Assembly (NCBI GenBank): GCA_044346175.1
Contig: JBIIZQ010000008.1
Coordinates: 3,160-67,159, forward strand
Reading direction: 5' to 3'
Origin: Vampirovibrionales bacterium
GTDB lineage: Bacteria; Cyanobacteriota; Vampirovibrionia; Vampirovibrionales; JAJTHC01
DNA: 64,000 bases
How positions within the stretch are numbered: position 1 is the stretch's first letter; each line of letters opens with the position of its first letter. The notes beneath the pieces were generated by a model. It saw only the letters and a list, made by a program, of their open reading frames with translations, was not told the origin of the DNA and did no database searches. This document shows, in pieces, positions 47,682-56,830 of this stretch. Both the position numbers and the translations under genes were made by a program.

Positions 47682-48794
47682 TTAAACATTAAACCTAAAG
47701 TGGACTACGTCACCATCCTGCATCAGATACCCTTTGCCCTCTTGGCGGAGGAGTCCTTTTTCCTTGGCAGTTTTTTCGCCTTGGCATGTGACATAATCGT
47801 CATACCCAATGACCTCGGCACAAATAAACCCACGCTCAAAGTCGGAGTGAATCACGCCTGCACACTGAGGGGCGGTAAACCCTTTCAGGAAAGGCCAAGC
47901 ACGGACTTCTTTCTCGCCCGCCGTGAAGTACGTCCATAAGCCAAGAAGGTCATACGTGGCACGAATCAGCTTATCCACCCCACCACTGGCAATGCCTAAA
48001 CTGTCAAGATAGTCTTGACGTTCAGCTTCATCTTCAAGTTGCATCAGTTCAGCCTCAAGCTGTGCAGATACCGCCACCACAGGACGACCCTCTTCATTGG
48101 CACGAGCCACCAGTGCGGCGTAATGCGGATTGCTCATGGGGTTGGCAAGTTCTTCTTCTGTAACGTTGCCAGCATACACCACGGGTTTACTGCTCAGGAG
48201 TTGGCTTTGTTTGAGTATCTTTTGGGTGTCTTCGCCGTATTGTGCCAAGTTAAGGGTTTCACCATTTTGTAGAATGGGTAAAATCTCTTGATATACGGAA
48301 AGTTCAGCTTGGGCTTCTTTGTCTTGACTCTTGGCACGTTTGCCAAGGTTTTGAATCCGTTTTTCTAAACTGCTAACATCCGCCATACACAGTTCAAGAT
48401 GAATCGTGTCGATGTCTCGGGCGGGGTTGACGGAGCCGTCCACATGATGAATGTTTTCATCTTCAAAACAACGCACCACCTGTACAATCAGGTCAACCTC
48501 ACGGATGTGGGCAAGAAACTGGTTGCCGAGACCTTCGCCTTGGCTTGCTCCTCGCACCAAGCCCGCAATGTCTACAAACTCAAAAATGGCAGGAATAACC
48601 GTTTGCGTTTTGGCGAGCGGTTGTAACACCTTGAGTCGAGGGTCTGGCACTTTCACTACGCCTGTGTTGGGTTCAATGGTACAGAAAGGATAGTTGGCAC
48701 TTTCGGCGGCGTGTGAGGCAGTGAGTGCATTGAATAACGTGGATTTACCGACGTTGGGTAAGCCAACTACACCAGCTTGAAGCATCATCATCAT
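47682..48794 (-). CDS. ychF: Redox-regulated ATPase YchF
   Basis: [47 protein letters not shown]-domain end [11 protein letters not shown]; starts at (ATG)4. Confidence 0.97.
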   Translation of the reverse strand: MMMMLQAGVVGLPNVGKSTLFNALTASHAAESANYPFCTIEPNTGVVKVPDPRLKVLQPLAKTQTVIPAIFEFVDIAGLVRGASQGEGLGNQFLAHIREVDLIVQVVRCFEDENIHHVDGSVNPARDIDTIHLELCMADVSSLEKRIQNLGKRAKSQDKEAQAELSVYQEILPILQNGETLNLAQYGEDTQKILKQSQLLSSKPVVYAGNVTEEELANPMSNPHYAALVARANEEGRPVVAVSAQLEAELMQLEDEAERQDYLDSLGIASGGVDKLIRATYDLLGLWTYFTAGEKEVRAWPFLKGFTAPQCAGVIHSDFERGFICAEVIGYDDYVTCQGEKTAKEKGLLRQEGKGYLMQDGDVVHFRFNV

Positions 48795-49061
48795 AAAAGG
48801 GGGTTCTCTGTGGGGTATCAAATAGAAGGTGACGAGTGGGGAGGGTGCGTATACCAGTGGTTAAGTATGCACTGCACCGAACATTAGCCATATGCCACTA
48901 TTCTAACGCAAAGATAATTTCTGTTCTAATCCCGAGGATGACTGCTAAATATTATGACTATGTTAGAACTTTTGTTAATGGCTTAGTTTATAATAATATA
49001 ACATTAAAATTATTTCTTCCATGTTCATGATTTATTATAATAAAAACAAAGGTGTTAACAC

Positions 49062-51200
49062 ATGCTCATTGGCTTGGCTTTAAGAAATTACAAAACCTAC
49101 CAAAATATTAACTTCATACCTGTTGTATCTCAGTTAGATACATCTTTCACTGCATATGTTGGTGCAAATGGCATTGGTAAAAGCTCAATTTTGGAAGCGT
49201 TAGATAGCTACTTCAATGATAGACCTTGGAATATTAACAGAGCATGGCATAAGAGTTCAAAGAAAGATGTAATCCCTTTCATTGCCCCTTTATTGTTGAT
49301 AAATAAGGAAGACCCTCTTTTTGATTTTAACGATAATGAGAAGAAATTTTTAGATGCTTTGAGTGATATTTTGTGGAATCGTGATGCTCATCATTCATGG
49401 AATGATTTTATAGCATATGTAAAAAAAATAAAAGAGAGCGTTTGTAAAGAAAATAAAAAAATTGAAGATTATTGGTTACTTATGATACCCATCTCAAGAA
49501 ATGCAAATGGATCTATCGATGTAGATTTTTTTAACACTGCCAAAGATATACACCAGGGATTAGAGAACACCGCCAAAGATATAGACCAGGGATTAGAAGA
49601 GGGCATCGAAAAATCCGATTCGAAATTTGATTTTGATAGTAATAGTAAGAGTAAGAGTGTTTTGAAGAAACTCAAAGAAAAAGTTCATTACATCTATCTT
49701 CCCGTTGAAGCGGATGAGAAGGAGCTTACTCAACTTACAACGGTGGGTATTCAAAAACTTATTAAAACTGATTTGCCTACTAAAATAAAAAAGCTTTTGG
49801 ATGAGAAAAAATTTGACAAGCAAAGTATTTTAGACCTTGTAAACCGAGATATTGCTAGTTTTATGGATAGTATTAAAGAAAACTTGAGTGATGGTTATAC
49901 ATATTCTGCTGGAAAAGGAAAGCCTAGCAAATTAACATCGAGTAAGCTAGTAGATACTATCATTGAAAAATCACTTCTTTCTAATCCGATACGTTATGAA
50001 AAAAAGTTAAAAAATGGCGAGGACACATCACTTGAATTTGAACAAATGAGTGCAGGAGAAAAAAGAAAAGCACTTATAGAAGTTTATTCATCTCTTTTGG
50101 CTATGCCTGTTGACCAAGAATCTCAGTCTAACTCTAAAATCATTATTGGTATTGATGAACCAGAAGCTTCTTTACATATGAGTGCTTGTTATTCGCAATT
50201 TGAAAAGCTCTTTCAGATGTCTAAGGATGCTCAAATACTTTTAACAACTCATTGGTATGGATTTCTACCTGTTATTCAAAAAGGTCAGGTACATTTTTTG
50301 TCTAAAAAAGATACTGCTGAAGAGGGAACAAAGTTTAAATCAGTTATGGCTTTTCATACACACTCTTTAGAGAGTTTTGCAGAAAGTATTAGACAAATAA
50401 ATGGTAAAGAAGTATTTGAGTATAGCTTGAAAAGCTATACTGATTTACGGCAATCTATTTTATGTTCACTTTTAGAAGAGGAGGGTAAGTATTACAACTG
50501 GGTGATATGTGAGGGGACAAGTGATAAAATATACTTGGATACTTTTTTTGAGGCTATGTTTCCAAAAAATAATGTAAAAGTTCTGCCTGTTGGAGGTATA
50601 GATAATGTTTTGAAAAAAATGTATACTCCATTGTGTTATGAAATAAAATTAAATAAAGACCATCCTGATTTAAAAGGCAAAGTATTTTGTCTTGTTGATA
50701 CTGATGAGAATGCTTCGTCAACGTCTGAAAATAGCCCACAGGCTTTTCAGTCTAAAAATATTTTTATGAAAAAAATATTTGTTACCTCAGACCAAAATTC
50801 AGATGCCATTGTTAAATTGGAGGATATTTTCAAACCATTAAATGGTGTCACGGTGATAGAGGATGCATTGAATCCACAGGTGTTTATTAAAACAATTGAA
50901 GCAATGGACGAATTTAAAGATTTTGTGCCAAAATTCAAAGACAAAGACAATGACTTAAATAAGGATGCTCAAGCATCTAGGCATGCTTTTAACTTAAGAC
51001 CTGCCGATTATAAATTGTTTAAAGATATCCTGTTCGATAAAACTAACGATTCAATTAAAGTAAAGTTTGCGAAAAAATACTGTGAAATTGCTAAAGAGTG
51101 TACAGACACGCCTTGGCCTGATTGGATGAATCAAATAGCTGGTGCAAATTTTTTAAACTTAAACTCAAGCTCAAAACTCAAAGAACCATCTCCTGTATAA
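49062..51200 (+). CDS. AT-rich ABC-type ATPase fused to TOPRIM (OLD-like), probable anti-phage nuclease
   Basis: LRNYK, GANGIGKSSILEA, MSAGE, IDEPEASLH, LTTH; TOPRIM CEG.SD, PVGG, LVDTD; IED. Visibly more AT-rich than flanks. Confidence 0.8.
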   Translation: MLIGLALRNYKTYQNINFIPVVSQLDTSFTAYVGANGIGKSSILEALDSYFNDRPWNINRAWHKSSKKDVIPFIAPLLLINKEDPLFDFNDNEKKFLDALSDILWNRDAHHSWNDFIAYVKKIKESVCKENKKIEDYWLLMIPISRNANGSIDVDFFNTAKDIHQGLENTAKDIDQGLEEGIEKSDSKFDFDSNSKSKSVLKKLKEKVHYIYLPVEADEKELTQLTTVGIQKLIKTDLPTKIKKLLDEKKFDKQSILDLVNRDIASFMDSIKENLSDGYTYSAGKGKPSKLTSSKLVDTIIEKSLLSNPIRYEKKLKNGEDTSLEFEQMSAGEKRKALIEVYSSLLAMPVDQESQSNSKIIIGIDEPEASLHMSACYSQFEKLFQMSKDAQILLTTHWYGFLPVIQKGQVHFLSKKDTAEEGTKFKSVMAFHTHSLESFAESIRQINGKEVFEYSLKSYTDLRQSILCSLLEEEGKYYNWVICEGTSDKIYLDTFFEAMFPKNNVKVLPVGGIDNVLKKMYTPLCYEIKLNKDHPDLKGKVFCLVDTDENASSTSENSPQAFQSKNIFMKKIFVTSDQNSDAIVKLEDIFKPLNGVTVIEDALNPQVFIKTIEAMDEFKDFVPKFKDKDNDLNKDAQASRHAFNLRPADYKLFKDILFDKTNDSIKVKFAKKYCEIAKECTDTPWPDWMNQIAGANFLNLNSSSKLKEPSPV
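49533..49598 (+). repeat. 33-bp in-frame tandem duplication (NTAKDIHQGLE / NTAKDIDQGLE)
   Basis: Two copies differing at 3 nt. Confidence 0.9.
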
Positions 51201-51247
51201 GTGTATTTGTTTGTTTAAACAAGTAAAGTAAAAATGAGGTATCAATC

Positions 51248-51538
51248 ATGATGCACGCTGTGAGTTTACGGACGCTAAAACAACACAGTTTACGCCTGCA
51301 TAAAATACTGGGGAGCGTGCTGGCATTGCCACTACTGCTTACCACCGTTACGGGCATGCTGTTTACGTATTTCCATGACTACACCCATCAGAAAGCACTG
51401 GCAAAAGCTTGCCTGAAGTGGCACACGCTAGAAGTGTGGCACCTAGAGGGGATATACCCCATGATACTAGGGGTTTCAGTATTAAGTGTGTTAGCGAGTG
51501 CTGCCGTTTTAGCGTGGCGACGTACCCCTTCAAAATAA
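51248..51538 (+). CDS. Small PepSY-associated TM helix protein
   Basis: RLHK.LG....LPLLLT.VTG...; W H.LE...L..IYP; two TM helices. Confidence 0.75.
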   Translation: MMHAVSLRTLKQHSLRLHKILGSVLALPLLLTTVTGMLFTYFHDYTHQKALAKACLKWHTLEVWHLEGIYPMILGVSVLSVLASAAVLAWRRTPSK

Positions 51539-51681
51539 CATGGGCATACAGCCTACTATGTCAGTTGACACTTTTGACAGTTTTCGTGACGTGGGAGGTT
51601 TCTTTGGGCTACCATTTTGAGTATTAAAGTATGGGTGTGATACCTGAAGTGGTTTCTGATGTTCTGTGAGCTGTATCACCG

Positions 51682-53121
51682 CTATACCGATTGCTTGGCA
51701 TAAAGTGCTTGGGCTTGTCCCATACCTACGCCCAGCAATAACAAAGCCTCTTGATAAGATTTTGGCGCTTTTACGGCGGGCATGAGAGCCATGTAAGCTT
51801 CCAAACACAAATAAATACCGTAACACCCCATAGGGCCACCGAGGGCAAGTGAACCTCCGTAAGGGTTGAGGTGCATCGTATCCCAAAGGGCTTGTAGTGC
51901 TTCGGGGTTGTATGCGCTGGCGTGTGCTTTGGAGAGGCGACACGCCGTCAGTTGACTTTCAGACAACACCCCCTCTTGAAACAAAGCATGTAATACACTT
52001 GCTACAAACGACTCTCCCATAAGGAGGCACCGCTCAGGATGATACACCCAATCGTGCAGGGTCTGGTGTGTAGACGGTAAATGTGGCTGTATGGCTTGCC
52101 ATGCCCAATGAATCGCTTCAGGTAACGCTAAAGGATGCCCGCCAACACGAACGGCTTTGGAGAGGATAATAGGTTGGTGCAGATTGGTTTGTGCTTTATG
52201 GTGTACGGGGTAAGGATGCGTTTGTAAGAATTTTTGATAGCAATTCTCCGATACCAAGACAACCGCAGCTGCAGCGTCATACACCCCCATCATGGTGGCG
52301 ACTGTGAGCGTACTGTTTGGCGTGGGGTAAGGTTTAAGGCGTGCAAGGTGCTGTGTTGTCAGCTGAGGTCGGCATGATTCGTCAAGTCGAGGGGATGCCC
52401 TTTCAACACTGTCGTAAAGAAACGCCTTTCGATACGCATGGGTGTGGTGTACTTTTTGATGGCTTGATAACACCCAAGAAGCTTGCACCTCTTGATGTAA
52501 TAGGGTTTGATAAATGGGCTTAAGGTGCTTCTGGTTGATGCACCAAGCATCGACCATGTGAGGCATGTCTTGAGCAAACACTGCCATACTTGGTGGTAAA
52601 GGTTTTTGAAAAGAGGGGTGTGTGAGTCGCCATCCGATACGGGAGTCTTCCAGCACGGATGTTTTTACAGAACCCTCTTGGATGAAGGCTTCACGAGGTA
52701 AAATATACGGTGCTCTGGAGGCACTCTCAACACCACAGGCTACAACAACCTCTGCCATACCTGATTGAATCAGTGCCATACCATGGTGAATCGCATCCAT
52801 CCCACTACCACACAAGGTGTTCAGTGTTGTTGCAGAAACCTCCCAAGGGTATGCAGCGAGCAAGCTTGCTTGTCTTGCGACATTACGGCAATCTTCACCT
52901 GCCTGATTGGCACACCCCACCAGAAGAGACACCGCCTGTGGTGTGTGCGTTAGGGTATCCTCTAGGAGAGGACAGCGACTTCTTAAAGCAGCTAATAGGT
53001 CGGCCAAGAGTGTATCGGGTCGATGGTGTTGCCAATACCCTTGCGGTAAACCAGTGGGGGTACGTAACCCGCCCAAACAATACACCGTAGACACCGTGTG
53101 AGGATGGTAGATAGCATTCAT
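51682..53121 (-). CDS. Thiolase-fold protein (PcaF/PaaJ-like) lacking the C-terminal catalytic residues
   Basis: RTP.G, RPD.L, GCANQAGED.RNVAR, NTLCGSG, GVES.SRAP. NEAF, GHP and CxG motifs read GESF, GGP and GVG. Confidence 0.8.
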   Translation of the reverse strand: MNAIYHPHTVSTVYCLGGLRTPTGLPQGYWQHHRPDTLLADLLAALRSRCPLLEDTLTHTPQAVSLLVGCANQAGEDCRNVARQASLLAAYPWEVSATTLNTLCGSGMDAIHHGMALIQSGMAEVVVACGVESASRAPYILPREAFIQEGSVKTSVLEDSRIGWRLTHPSFQKPLPPSMAVFAQDMPHMVDAWCINQKHLKPIYQTLLHQEVQASWVLSSHQKVHHTHAYRKAFLYDSVERASPRLDESCRPQLTTQHLARLKPYPTPNSTLTVATMMGVYDAAAAVVLVSENCYQKFLQTHPYPVHHKAQTNLHQPIILSKAVRVGGHPLALPEAIHWAWQAIQPHLPSTHQTLHDWVYHPERCLLMGESFVASVLHALFQEGVLSESQLTACRLSKAHASAYNPEALQALWDTMHLNPYGGSLALGGPMGCYGIYLCLEAYMALMPAVKAPKSYQEALLLLGVGMGQAQALYAKQSV

Positions 53122-53160
53122 AAGCCTTACGATACCCCTCCCAACATGTTAATGCAGGAT

Positions 53161-53535
53161 TTACCCTCTTACGTGAGGCGTGTAGGGGAAGTAGGTGTTT
53201 GACCAAGCCATCATTTGGTCAATAATCGCACTCAGGGCATGCCCTCTTTCGGTTAAACGATATTCCACACGAGGAGGCATTTCCATGTATTGCTTCCGAT
53301 GGAGTACACCGACCCCTTCAAGCATTTTCAGACGCTTGGTCAGCGTACGGGTAGAAATACCAGGGAGCTGCTCTTGAAGCTCCAAAAAACGACGGGGTTC
53401 AAATTGACGCAGCGATTGAATAATCAGTAAAGAATGCTTATCGCCCATAACATTTAAAGCTCTCTCAAGAGGAGACTCTGTATTCAGTAATACGTCACAA
53501 AGCTCAAGAGATAAAAGGGGGTGTAGTACAGTCAT
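53161..53535 (-). CDS. HxlR-family winged-helix regulator
   Basis: P.ERAL...GDK....I, RF.EL...LPGIS.RTL..RLK.LE..G...R..Y...PPRVEY.LT..G. Confidence 0.92.
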   Translation of the reverse strand: MTVLHPLLSLELCDVLLNTESPLERALNVMGDKHSLLIIQSLRQFEPRRFLELQEQLPGISTRTLTKRLKMLEGVGVLHRKQYMEMPPRVEYRLTERGHALSAIIDQMMAWSNTYFPYTPHVRG

Positions 53536-53695
53536 TGAGAAAGTTAAATCCACATATCGATAAACAAACGGTACGGCGGAGACTTTGTGCATACAAAGCA
53601 CTAAGCCTCATGTAACCATAAACTACTTTGTAAAACAAGGCAAGCACGCCATTAAAAGCATCCGTAAACTATAGGAGTCCCTCATAAGGGGAGGT

Positions 53696-55336
53696 TTAAT
53701 GAGGAGATACTAATAGTTGGTATACGAGTAGGGCATTGGCAAGCTCGCCTTGAAGCTCTAAGAGCTTGATGCGGGTTTGAAAGGTCGCAAGTTCACGCTG
53801 ATTGACCATGAACAAGGTTGAGTCTCCCAGTTCAAGACGAAGACGTTCCCCCGCTTCCATTTGTGAAGCAAACTGTAATTCTTTTTGAGTCGTGGCTAAG
53901 CGCTCCTTGAGGAGGGCAATCTCATTATAGACATCTTGTAAATCAACTTGAAGGGCTTGTAAGAGTTGCGATTTTTCCAAGGCAAACTTAGCCAATTTAC
54001 TTTGTGCCTGTAAGATTTGTCCTCTGGCTTCTCGTTGCCTGAACGGGACGGCATTGAGCATTACCCCAGCTTTAAGTGCGGTGCCAATACCGCCAGACCC
54101 AGTGTCACGACCCACTTGAATGCTGGCATTAACCTCAGGCAGTAAGTTGTTTTTGGCAAGTTTGAGTGCCTCTTGCGTACCCTTCACTTGTGCCTCAAGA
54201 TACTTGAGTTCTGGACGGTATGAAAGCATCGACTCTGTTGCCTCGGTTAAACTAGGCAGTTCAGGCATGGCACTTAGGGTCGGCAGTTGTGAGGGAAAAA
54301 CAGCATCAGGCTTTAGCACTGGTGGTGGTTGTGGGGTGCCATCTGCTTGCCACCAGTAAAGTCGCCACTTATTAACATTTTTTTGAAGTGTTCGTGCCGC
54401 CTTCAAGGTATTGGCTTGTCGTGTGCTGAGGTGCTGTTGAGCTTCAACAGCATCAATGTCAGGTAAATCCCCCGCTTTCACTCGTTGCGTAATCCATGAA
54501 AAACGTTGGGTTGCGATTTGTTCAAGCGATTTGGCAAACCCATAGGCTTGATGTGCCAAGGCGATATCCCAGTAGGCACTACCGCCAGCCAGTAGGGTAT
54601 CAAGGCGTGTTTGTAAAACAGCCGCCTGTGCTTCCCAAGTCCCGTAAAGTGCCTGACGCTCAGCCACGCTTTTTTCATTGACCCCTAAACCTCTTAGGAG
54701 AGGGACTTTTACAAAGGCACTGTAAGTACCACCCTCGCCACTCGGTGTACCTGGTGACTTTGGCACGCCCCCTGAAAAATCAGACGTTAAGCCGTACTCA
54801 ATCCCAGAACGTGTTTTAACGCTACCTGTGATGTCGTAAGTACTCCCACTCCGTGGGCGAAATGAACTGTTATAGCGTTGTGTGTCTGTGAGGAGTAATA
54901 GTCTTGGGTCAAAGGCACCTTGTTTTTCTTGGTATTTCCCTTGAGCCAAACGCTCTAATTGTTGAGCCCCTAAAACTTTTGGATGGGCTACTTCCATCGA
55001 CTTTAAAAAAGCTTCAAAGGTTGGAAAAGTCGAACCCTCCACGGTGTCACCATTGATGGCATTGAGGGCCTGCTTGGTTGCCTCTGCCTCTGTAAACGGG
55101 GTAAGTGGTGTGAGGGTTTTAAGAGTATGCTCCTGACTGAGGGGAGGAGGCGTTTCTGTTTTGGGAGGTTGCTTGGAGATGGTTCCATGCACAGCAGGTA
55201 CTTTGGCTAGCAGTATTGGAGAACGTCCAATGGGACCACAAGTCGATAACACGCAGAGTCCCACGGTAAGGATGAAGAGGCTTGAAGACTGATTTGTACG
55301 CTTAAACCAAGGCGAAAAATAGAAAGAATGAGGCAT
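53696..55336 (-). CDS. TolC-family outer-membrane efflux protein
   Basis: Signal region; HP, GAFDP, VPLLRG, RPEL, LLPE.N, E..R..LG.STLF.VN.RE; third gene of an ABC-HlyD-TolC operon. Confidence 0.9.
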   Translation of the reverse strand: MPHSFYFSPWFKRTNQSSSLFILTVGLCVLSTCGPIGRSPILLAKVPAVHGTISKQPPKTETPPPLSQEHTLKTLTPLTPFTEAEATKQALNAINGDTVEGSTFPTFEAFLKSMEVAHPKVLGAQQLERLAQGKYQEKQGAFDPRLLLLTDTQRYNSSFRPRSGSTYDITGSVKTRSGIEYGLTSDFSGGVPKSPGTPSGEGGTYSAFVKVPLLRGLGVNEKSVAERQALYGTWEAQAAVLQTRLDTLLAGGSAYWDIALAHQAYGFAKSLEQIATQRFSWITQRVKAGDLPDIDAVEAQQHLSTRQANTLKAARTLQKNVNKWRLYWWQADGTPQPPPVLKPDAVFPSQLPTLSAMPELPSLTEATESMLSYRPELKYLEAQVKGTQEALKLAKNNLLPEVNASIQVGRDTGSGGIGTALKAGVMLNAVPFRQREARGQILQAQSKLAKFALEKSQLLQALQVDLQDVYNEIALLKERLATTQKELQFASQMEAGERLRLELGDSTLFMVNQRELATFQTRIKLLELQGELANALLVYQLLVSPH

Positions 55337-55339
55337 CGT

Positions 55340-56812
55340 TTATTTTGCCTTTACTTTACGTTTAATATCGGCTTTTTGTTTTTCATCGTCATCTTCAGCC
55401 CAATAGCTATCCATGGCCTGAGACGCTTTATCATAGCCCCCACTGGGCTTACTATCTTTTAATTTTGCAGGGTCAACCACGGGTGGGAAACCGTTAAACT
55501 GTCGCCATAGTTCAAACCACAGTGGCACCGTTTTTAACAGTACCCATCCTGCAACCTTGGAGCCAGGGCGTAGCTTATGTAAACTCGGCCAAGGTTCATC
55601 TCGGTGTTTTTTGATAGCTTCAGGGTCAGGGCGCACAAGCAGTCTAAAATTACTGTTGCCGTCATCCATGGCATCCACCACTGCCACACGTCCCGCAAAG
55701 GTACCCACCATGGCAAAAGGCCATCCTGTAAATTGGACGGCAGGCCATCCCGCAAACTGCAAGCGTACGGGGTCGCCTGGGGCTATCAGTGGGGCATCGT
55801 TATCATTCACGTACAAGGCAACGGCAACATCGGCGGTTTCGGGTACAATCGTTGCCAAAATATCACCCGCCTTGACCGTTTCCCCTAAACCTACAGGGAG
55901 AAGTCTTACCACCCTACCATCACAGGGTGCCATGACCTCCTGTTGTAGTTTTCGTGAGGCAATGTTTTGAAGTTCAATATCCAGTTTGAAAATTTCAGCA
56001 TCCATTGCCGCAAGACTCTCACGTGCCGAGGCACTGCTTGCCATGACGTTTGAAATTCCTGCTGAAAGGTCGGTACCAAGACGTGCTTGGTCAAGCTGGG
56101 CGATACTCAAGGCTTGACGTGCTTCAGCGAGCTGTGCCTGTGCTGCTTGATGTGAGGTCATGGCACGGGTTTGTTCAAGTGTTACAAGTTCTTTGTCTCG
56201 GGTGGAACGTAGCCCCTCGGCTTCCAACTGCACCACTCGACGATAATTTAATTCAGCCGTTTCAAGGACTTGAGCCGCTGCTGCAAGATTCTGCTCCGAA
56301 ACAATCACACGATTTTTTGCTTGTCCGATACGTTCTGTTTGGGTCGGTAGTGCCACCGCTCGGGAGTTTTCCAGTAACCCTCCTTGACGCTCAATGGCGG
56401 CAAGTCGTTCTGTGACGGCTTGCTTGCGAGCTTGTAAGGCTTGACGTTGTCCTTGAAGCTTTTGTACTTGGGCAGGGTCAAGGAATTTGGGGTCAATGTC
56501 TTGGAGTAGAGCAAGTTTTTGACCTTTTCGTACTAAGGCTCCTTCTTGCACATGCCACGCTAATACACGGGCTGAAATCTGTGACTCAATGACCTGAGGA
56601 CGCTCCATGGGTGAAAAAATCGTCACTTTGCCATAACCCGTGACACTTTGTTGCCAAGGTATCAATATCAAGCCCAAAAGACACGTTAGGAGTACTGACA
56701 ATAACACCCACGCAAACCGAGAGTAGGTGCCACGTGTTTTCACTCGTGATAATGCGTGACTTTGTGTCAACACACTTGAACCAGAATCGACAGAACTGAC
56801 GCTCATCATCAT
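55340..56812 (-). CDS. HlyD-family membrane fusion protein
   Basis: N-terminal TM, PWQQ.V.G.G, lipoyl-like halves, coiled coil, VRLQF.GWPAVQF.GWP, LWRQFNGFPP. Confidence 0.92.
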   Translation of the reverse strand: MMMSVSSVDSGSSVLTQSHALSRVKTRGTYSRFAWVLLSVLLTCLLGLILIPWQQSVTGYGKVTIFSPMERPQVIESQISARVLAWHVQEGALVRKGQKLALLQDIDPKFLDPAQVQKLQGQRQALQARKQAVTERLAAIERQGGLLENSRAVALPTQTERIGQAKNRVIVSEQNLAAAAQVLETAELNYRRVVQLEAEGLRSTRDKELVTLEQTRAMTSHQAAQAQLAEARQALSIAQLDQARLGTDLSAGISNVMASSASARESLAAMDAEIFKLDIELQNIASRKLQQEVMAPCDGRVVRLLPVGLGETVKAGDILATIVPETADVAVALYVNDNDAPLIAPGDPVRLQFAGWPAVQFTGWPFAMVGTFAGRVAVVDAMDDGNSNFRLLVRPDPEAIKKHRDEPWPSLHKLRPGSKVAGWVLLKTVPLWFELWRQFNGFPPVVDPAKLKDSKPSGGYDKASQAMDSYWAEDDDEKQKADIKRKVKAK

Positions 56813-56830
56813 CTTTAGTAGTGCTTTCTC

